Assembly: GCA_964016885.1 (NCBI GenBank)
Contig: OZ024741.1
Coordinates: 4,216,001-4,280,000, forward strand
DNA from: Eledone cirrhosa
Lineage: Eukaryota
DNA length: 64,000 nucleotides
Direction: 5' to 3'
Positions within the stretch are counted from its first letter, which is position 1; each line of letters begins with the position of its first letter. Made by a program: the position numbers and the translations under genes. Shown here piece by piece: positions 55,701 through 64,000 of this stretch. The notes under the pieces are model-generated. The model worked only from the letters and a program-made list of their open reading frames with translations. It was not told the origin of the DNA and made no database searches.

Positions 55701-58700
55701 ACCTAGTGTAGGACTATCAGAGATAGTTACTGTGATGTAGGAACTAGTAACCTACTGTAGGCCTATCAGAGATAGTTGGTGTGATGAAGGATCTAGCAAC
55801 CTACTGTTGGACTATCAGAGATAGTTACTGTGATGTAGGAACTAGTAACCTACTGTTGGACTATCAGAGATAGTTGGTGTGATGTAGAAACTAGTAACCT
55901 ACTGTTGGACTATCAGAGATAGTTACTGTGATGTAGGAACTAGTAACCTACTGTAGGACTATCAGAGATAGTTACTGTGATGTAGGAACTAGTAACCTAC
56001 TGTAGGACTATCAGAGATAGTTACTGAGATGTAGGAACTAGTAACCTACTGTTGGACTATCAGAGATAGTTACTGTGATGTAGGAACTAGTAACCTTGGG
56101 TAAAACTATCAGAGATAGTTACTGTGATGTAAGAACTAGTAACCTACTGTTGGCCTATGAGAGATAGTTACTGTGATGTAGGAAATAGTAATCTACTGTA
56201 GGACTATCATAGATAGTTACTGGGATGTAGGAACTAGTAACCTACTGTTGGACAATCAGTGATAGTTATTGGGATGTAGGAAATAGTAATCTACTGTTGG
56301 ACTATCAGAGATAGTTACTGTGATGTAGGAACTAGTAACCTACTGTAGGACTATCAGAGATAGTTACTGTGATGTAGGAACTAGTAACCTAATGTAGGAC
56401 TATCAGAGATAGTTACTGTGATGTAAGAACTAGTAACCTACTGTAGGACTATCAGAGATAGTTACTGTGATGTAGGAACTAGTAACCTACTGTTGGACTA
56501 TCAGAGATAGTTACTGTGATGTAGGAACTAGTAACCTAGTGTAGGACTATCAGAGATAGTTACTGTGATGTAGGAACTAGTAACCTACTGTAGGACTATC
56601 AGAGATAGTTGGTGTGATGTAGGAACTAGTAGCCTGCTGTAGGACTATAAAAGATAGTTGGTGTGATGTAAGAACTAGTAACCTACTGTAAGATTATCAG
56701 AGATAGTAGGTGAGATGTAGGAACTAGTAATCTACTGTAGGACTATCAGAGATAGTTGGTGATGTAGGAACTAGTAACCTACTGTAGGACTATCTGAGAT
56801 AGTTACTGTGATGTAGGAACTAGTAAACTAATGTAGGACTATCAGAGATAGTTGGTGTGATGTAGGAACTAGTAATCTACTGTAGGACTATCAGAGATAG
56901 TTGGTGATGTAGGAACTAGTAACCTAATGTAGGACTATCAGAGATAGTTACTGTGATGTAAGAACTAGTAACCTACTGTAGGACTATCAGAGATAGTTGT
57001 TGTGATGTATGAACTAGTAACCTACTGTTGGACTATCAGAGATAGTTCCTGTCATGTAGGAACTAGTAACCTACTGTAGGACTATCAGAGATAGTTGCTG
57101 TGATGCAGGAACTAGTAACCTACTGTAGGACTATCAGAGATAGTTTCTGTGATGTAGGAACTAGTAACCTACTGTAGGACTGTCAGAGATAGTTACTGTG
57201 ATGTAGCAACTAGTAATCTACTGTTGGACTATCAGAGATAGTTACTGTGATGTAGGAACTAGTAACCTACTATAGGACAATCAGAGATAGTTACTGTGAT
57301 GTAAGAAGTAGTAACCTACTGTAGGACTATCAGAGATAGTTACTGTGATGTAGGAACTAGTAACCTACTGTGGGACTATCAGAGATATTTACTGTAATGT
57401 AAGAACTAGTAACCTAGTGTTGGACTATCGGAGATAGTTACCGGGATGTAGGAACTAGTAACCTACTGTTGTAGTATCAGAGATAGTTGGTGTGATGTAG
57501 GAACTAGTAACCTACTGTTGGACTATCAGAGATAGTTGGTGTGATGTAGGAACTAGTAACCTACTGTAGGACTATCAGAGATAGTTGGTGTGATGTAGGA
57601 ACTAGTAAACTAATGTAGGACTATCAGAGATAGTTGGTGATGTAGGAACTAGTAACCTAATGTAGGACTATCAGAGATAGTTACTGTGATGTAAGAACTA
57701 GTAACCTACTGTAGGACTATCAGAGATAGTTGTTGTGATGTATGAACTAGTAACCTACTGTTGGACTATCAGAGATAGTTCCTGTCATGTAGGAACTAGT
57801 AACCTACTGTAGGACTATCAGAGATAGTTGCTGTGATGCAGGAACTAGTAACCTACTGTAGGCCTATCAGAGATAGTTACTGTGATATAGGAACTAGTAA
57901 CCTACTGTTGGACTATCAGAGATAGTTACTGTGATGTAGTAACTCGTAACCTACTGTATGACTATCAGAGATAGTTGGTGTGATGTAGGAACTAGTAACC
58001 TACTGTAGGACTATGAGAGATAGTTGCTGTGATGCAGGAACTAGTAACCTAATGTAGGATTATTAGAGATAGTTACTGTTATGTAAGAACTAGTAACCTA
58101 CCGTAGGACAATCAGAGATAGTTAATGTGATATAGGAACTAGTAACCTACTGTTGGACTATCAGAGATAGTTTCTGTGATGTAGGAACTAGTAACCTACT
58201 GTAGGACTGTCAGAGATAGTTACTGTGATGTAGCAACTAGTAATCTACTGTTGGACTATCAGAGATAGTTACTGTGATGTAGGAACTAGTAACCTACTAT
58301 AGGACAATCAGAGATAGTTACTGTGATGTAAGAAGTAGTAACCTACTGTAGGACTATCATAGATAGTTACTGTGATGTAGGAACTAGTAACCTACTGTGG
58401 GACTATCAGAGATATTTACTGTAATGTAAGAACTAGTAACCTAGTGTTGGACTATCGGAGATAGTTACCGGGATGTAGGAACTAGTAACCTACTGTTGTA
58501 GTATCAGAGATAGTTGGTGTGATGTAGGAACTAGTAACCTACTGTTGGACTATCAGAGATAGTTGGTGTGATGTAGGAACTAGTAACCTACTGTAGGACT
58601 ATCAGAGATAGTTGGAGTGATGTAGGAACTAGTAAACTAATGTAGGACTATCAGAGATAGTTGGTGATGTAGGAACTAGTAACCTAATGTAGGACTATCA

Positions 58701-61700
58701 GAGATAGTTACTGTGATGTAAGAACTAGTAACCTACTGTAGGACTATCAGAGATAGTTGTTGTGATGTATGAACTAGTAACCTACTGTTGGACTATCAGA
58801 GATAGTTCCTGTCATGTAGGAACTAGTAACCTACTGTAGGACTATCAGAGATAGTTGCTGTGATGCAGGAACTAGTAACCTACTGTAGGCCTATCAGAGA
58901 TAGTTACTGTGATATAGGAACTAGTAACCTACTGTTGGACTATCAGAGATAGTTACTGTGATGTAGTAACTCGTAACCTACTGTATGACTATCAGAGATA
59001 GTTGGTGTGATGTAGGAACTAGTAACCTACTGTAGGACTATGAGAGATAGTTGCTGTGATGCAGGAACTAGTAACCTAATGTAGGATTATTAGAGATAGT
59101 TACTGTTATGTAAGAACTAGTAACCTACCGTAGGACAATCAGAGATAGTTAATGTGATATAGGAACTAGTAACCTACTATTGGACTATCAGAGATAGTTA
59201 CCGTGATGTAGGAACTAGTGACCTACTGTTGGACAATCAGAGATAATTACTGTGATGTAGGAATTAGTAACCTACTGTAGGACTATCAGAGATAGTTACT
59301 GTGATGTAGGAACTAGTAACCTAAAGTAGGACTATCAGAGATAGTTACTGTGATGTAGGAACTAGTAACCTACTGTAGGACTATCAGAGATAGTTACTGT
59401 GATGTAGGAACTAGTAACCTACTGTAGGACTATCAGAGATAGTTACTGTGATGTAGGAACTAGTAACCTACTGTTGGACTATCAGAGATAGTTACTGTGA
59501 TGTAAGAACTAGTAACCTACTGTAGGACTATCAGAGATAGTTACTGTGATGTAGGAACTAGTAACCTACTGTTGGACTATCAGAGATAGTTACTGTGATG
59601 TAGGAACTAGTAACCTAGTGTAGGACTATCAGAGATAGTTACTGTGATGTAGGAACTAGTAACCTACTGTAGGCCTATCAGAGATAGTTGGTGTGATGAA
59701 GGATCTAGTAACCTACTGTTGGACTATCAGAGATAGTTACTGTGATGTAGGAACTAGTAACCTACTGTTGGACTATCAGAGATAGTTGGTGTGATGTAGA
59801 AACTAGTAACCTACTGTTGGACTATCAGAGATAGTTACTGTGATGTAGGAACTAGTAACCTACTGTAGGACTATCAGAGATAGTTACTGTGATGTAGGAA
59901 CTAGTAACCTACTGTAGGACTATCAGAGATAGTTACTGAGATGTAGGAACTAGTAACCTACTGTTGGACTATCAGAGATAGTTACTGTGATGTAGGAACT
60001 AGTAACCTTGGGTAAAACTATCAGAGATAGTTACTGTGATGTAAGAACTAGTAACCTACTGTTGGCCTATGAGAGATAGTTACTGTGATGTAGGAAATAG
60101 TAATCTACTGTAGGACTATCATAGATAGTTACTGGGATGTAGGAACTAGTAACCTACTGTTGGACTATCAGTGATAGTTATTGGGATGTAGGAAATAGTA
60201 ATCTACTGTTGGACTATCAGAGATAGTTACTGTGATGTAGGAACTAGTAACCTACTGTAGGACTATCAGAGATAGTTACTGTGATGTAGGAACTAGTAAC
60301 CTAATGTAGGACTATCAGAGATAGTTACTGTGATGTAAGAACTAGTAACCTACTGTAGGACTATCAGAGATAGTTACTGTGATGTAGGAACTAGTAACCT
60401 ACTGTTGGACTATCAGAGATAGTTACTGTGATGTAGGAACTAGTAACCTAGTGTAGGACTATCAGAGATAGTTACTGTGATGTAGGAACTAGTAACCTAC
60501 TGTAGGACTATCAGAGATAGTTGGTGTGATGTAGGAACTAGTAGCCTGCTGTAGGACTATAAAAGATAGTTGGTGTGATGTAAGAACTAGTAACCTACTG
60601 TAAGATTATCAGAGATAGTAGGTGAGATGTAGGAACTAGTAATCTACTGTAGGACTATCAGAGATAGTTGGTGATGTAGGAACTAGTAACCTACTGTAGG
60701 ACTATCAGAGATAGTTACTGTGATGTAGGAACTAGTAAACTAATGTAGGACTATCAGAGATAGTTGGTGTGATGTAGGAACTAGTAATCTACTGTAGGAC
60801 TATCAGAGATAGTTGGTGATGTAGGAACTAGTAACCTAATGTAGGACTATCAGAGATAGTTACTGTGATGTAAGAACTAGTAACCTACTGTAGGACTATC
60901 AGAGATAGTTGTTGTGATGTATGAACTAGTAACCTACTGTTGGACTATCAGAGATAGTTCCTGTCATGTAGGAACTAGTAACCTACTGTAGGACTATCAG
61001 AGATAGTTGCTGTGATGCAGGAACTAGTAACCTACTGTAGGACTATCAGAGATAGTTTCTGTGATGTAGGAACTAGTAACCTACTGTAGGACTGTCAGAG
61101 ATAGTTACTGTGATGTAGCAACTAGTAATCTACTGTTGGACTATCAGAGATAGTTACTGTGATGTAGGAACTAGTAACCTACTATAGGACAATCAGAGAT
61201 AGTTACTGTGATGTAAGAAGTAGTAACCTACTGTAGGACTATCATAGATAGTTACTGTGATGTAGGAACTAGTAACCTACTGTGGGACTATCAGAGATAT
61301 TTACTGTAATGTAAGAACTAGTAACCTAGTGTTGGACTATCGGAGATAGTTACCGGGATGTAGGAACTAGTAACCTACTGTTGTAGTATCAGAGATAGTT
61401 GGTGTGATGTAGGAACTAGTAACCTACTGTTGGACTATCAGAGATAGTTGGTGTGATGTAGGAACTAGTAACCTACTGTAGGACTATCAGAGATAGTTGG
61501 TGTGATGTAGGAACTAGTAAACTAATGTAGGACTATCAGAGATAGTTGGTGATGTAGGAACTAGTAACCTAATGTAGGACTATCAGAGATAGTTACTGTG
61601 ATGTAAGAACTAGTAACCTACTGTAGGACTATCAGAGATAGTTGTTGTGATGTATGAACTAGTAACCTACTGTTGGACTATCAGAGATAGTTCCTGTCAT

Positions 61701-64000
61701 GTAGGAACTAGTAACCTACTGTAGGACTATCAGAGATAGTTGCTGTGATGCAGGAACTAGTAACCTACTGTAGGCCTATCAGAGATAGTTACTGTGATAT
61801 AGGAACTAGTAACCTACTGTTGGACTATCAGAGATAGTTACTGTGATGTAGTAACTCGTAACCTACTGTATGACTATCAGAGATAGTTGGTGTGATGTAG
61901 GAACTAGTAACCTACTGTAGGACTATGAGAGATAGTTGCTGTGATGCAGGAACTAGTAACCTAATGTAGGATTATTAGAGATAGTTACTGTTATGTAAGA
62001 ACTAGTAACCTACCGTAGGACAATCAGAGATAGTTAATGTGATATAGGAACTAGTAACCTACTGTTGGACTATCAGAGATAGTTTCTGTGATGTAGGAAC
62101 TAGTAACCTACTGTAGGACTGTCAGAGATAGTTACTGTGATGTAGCAACTAGTAATCTACTGTTGGACTATCAGAGATAGTTACTGTGATGTAGGAACTA
62201 GTAACCTACTATAGGACAATCAGAGATAGTTACTGTGATGTAAGAAGTAGTAACCTACTGTAGGACTATCATAGATAGTTACTGTGATGTAGGAACTAGT
62301 AACCTACTGTGGGACTATCAGAGATATTTACTGTAATGTAAGAACTAGTAACCTAGTGTTGGACTATCGGAGATAGTTACCGGGATGTAGGAACTAGTAA
62401 CCTACTGTTGTAGTATCAGAGATAGTTGGTGTGATGTAGGAACTAGTAACCTACTGTTGGACTATCAGAGATAGTTGGTGTGATGTAGGAACTAGTAACC
62501 TACTGTAGGACTATCAGAGATAGTTGGAGTGATGTAGGAACTAGTAAACTAATGTAGGACTATCAGAGATAGTTGGTGATGTAGGAACTAGTAACCTAAT
62601 GTAGGACTATCAGAGATAGTTACTGTGATGTAAGAACTAGTAACCTACTGTAGGACTATCAGAGATAGTTGTTGTGATGTATGAACTAGTAACCTACTGT
62701 TGGACTATCAGAGATAGTTCCTGTCATGTAGGAACTAGTAACCTACTGTAGGACTATCAGAGATAGTTGCTGTGATGCAGGAACTAGTAACCTACTGTAG
62801 GCCTATCAGAGATAGTTACTGTGATATAGGAACTAGTAACCTACTGTTGGACTATCAGAGATAGTTACTGTGATGTAGTAACTCGTAACCTACTGTATGA
62901 CTATCAGAGATAGTTGGTGTGATGTAGGAACTAGTAACCTACTGTAGGACTATGAGAGATAGTTGCTGTGATGCAGGAACTAGTAACCTAATGTAGGATT
63001 ATTAGAGATAGTTACTGTTATGTAAGAACTAGTAACCTACCGTAGGACAATCAGAGATAGTTAATGTGATATAGGAACTAGTAACCTACTGTTGGACTAT
63101 CAGAGATAGTTACCGTGATGTAGGAACTAGTGACCTACTGTTGGACAATCAGAGATAATTACTGTGATGTAGGAATTAGTAACCTACTGTAGGACTATCA
63201 GAGATAGTTACTGTGATGTAGGAACTAGTAACCTAAAGTAGGACTATCAGAGATAGTTACTGTGATGTAGGAACTAGTAACCTACTGTAGGACTATCAGA
63301 GATAGTTACTGTGATGTAGGAACTAGTAACCTACTGTAGGACTATCAGAGATAGTTACTGTGATGTAGGAACTAGTAACCTACTGTTGGACTATCAGAGA
63401 TAGTTACTGTGATGTAAGAACTAGTAACCTACTGTAGGACTATCAGAGATAGTTACTGTGATGTAGGAACTAGTAACCTACTGTTGGACTATCAGAGATA
63501 GTTACTGTGATGTAGGAACTAGTAACCTAGTGTAGGACTATCAGAGATAGTTACTGTGATGTAGGAACTAGTAACCTACTGTAGGCCTATCAGAGATAGT
63601 TGGTGTGATGAAGGATCTAGTAACCTACTGTTGGACTATCAGAGATAGTTACTGTGATGTAGGAACTAGTAACCTACTGTTGGACTATCAGAGATAGTTG
63701 GTGTGATGTAGAAACTAGTAACCTACTGTTGGACTATCAGAGATAGTTACTGTGATGTAGGAACTAGTAACCTACTGTAGGACTATCAGAGATAGTTACT
63801 GTGATGTAGGAACTAGTAACCTACTGTAGGACTATCAGAGATAGTTACTGAGATGTAGGAACTAGTAACCTACTGTTGGACTATCAGAGATAGTTACTGT
63901 GATGTAGGAACTAGTAACCTTGGGTAAAACTATCAGAGATAGTTACTGTGATGTAAGAACTAGTAACCTACTGTTGGCCTATGAGAGATAGTTACTGTGA
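43000..64000. repeat. Higher-order repeat, six successive units of 69, 70, 59, 59, 80 and 80 (truncated) monomers
   Basis: Marker GCCTGCTGTAGGACTATAAAAG at 44063, 47438, 50862, 53747, 56632 and 60544 (spacings 3375, 3424, 2885, 2885, 3912). CCTTGGGTAAAA at 60006/63918 confirms a second 3912-bp unit. Confidence 0.95.
57130..59190. repeat. 1027-bp (21-monomer) internal duplication inside the 80-mer HOR unit, repeated at about 61040-63100
   Basis: GTGGGACTATC at 57370/58397 and 61282/62309. CCGGG at 57441/58468 and 61353/62380. Confidence 0.92.

Larger units (their letters stand above)
1..64000. repeat. Tandem satellite array, 49-bp monomer, about 1,300 copies, single orientation, truncated by both window edges
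   Basis: GACTATC-type monomer starts recur every 49 bp (1, 50, 99, 148...) to the end of the window. Two common dimorphic sites (AC/GG at monomer positions 18-19, A/T at 48) plus scattered substitutions and rare 47/48/50/51-bp monomers. Confidence 0.99.

Noticed and set aside
1-64000. Protein-coding repeat on either strand
   Set aside because: 49 is not a multiple of 3, so the frame rotates each monomer. Stops occur at monomer positions 13, 22, 27, 34, 37 and 47 on +, and as CTA/TCA/TTA at 3, 6, 16, 33 and 41 on -, so no frame stays open beyond about 2-3 monomers.
1-64000. CRISPR array (palindromic repeat of similar size)
   Set aside because: No unique spacers: monomers abut directly and vary only by point changes. 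No cas genes or leader.
1-64000. Telomeric repeat or G-quadruplex array (G-rich + strand, TAGG words)
   Set aside because: No TTAGGG/TTAGG tandem runs. Only GG doublets, with rare GGG in variants.
1-64000. General compensatory evolution of the ACTATC/GATAGT and GTAGG/CCTAC stems
   Set aside because: Mirror variants exist (CTGTC vs GACAG, ACAATC vs GATTGT, GCAGG vs CCTGC, GTTGG vs CCAAC), but in the cases I checked they lie in different monomers. Stem-breaking variants are common.
1-64000. Embedded transposon, unique island or inversion
   Set aside because: Reading through, every line stays in monomer register and in the same orientation. A very short insertion could have been missed by eye.

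Overview
The whole 64-kb window is one uninterrupted head-to-tail satellite array of about 1,300 copies of a 49-bp monomer. The consensus is GACTATCAGAGATAGTT[AC/GG]TGTGATGTAGGAACTAGTAACCTACTGT[A/T]G (about 40% GC, no CpG, one SpeI site per unit). The array runs off both ends, and I see no genes, RNA genes, transposons, CRISPR spacers, unique sequence or orientation switch. It looks like eukaryotic satellite/heterochromatic DNA, but I cannot name the family or organism. The informative content is internal. The monomer contains overlapping inverted repeats, two inverted WGATAR motifs and traces of an older two-subunit origin. Rare variant monomers reveal nested duplications of 8, 32, 38, 53, 102 and about 126 monomers, a variant-subfamily transition near 33.3 kb, and a young higher-order repeat (HOR) from about 43 kb onward. 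That HOR's unit changes 69/70 -> 59 -> 80 monomers through traceable events. I found no evidence of a new gene-based system. Offsets were counted by hand from marker variants, and block edges are approximate to within a few monomers.
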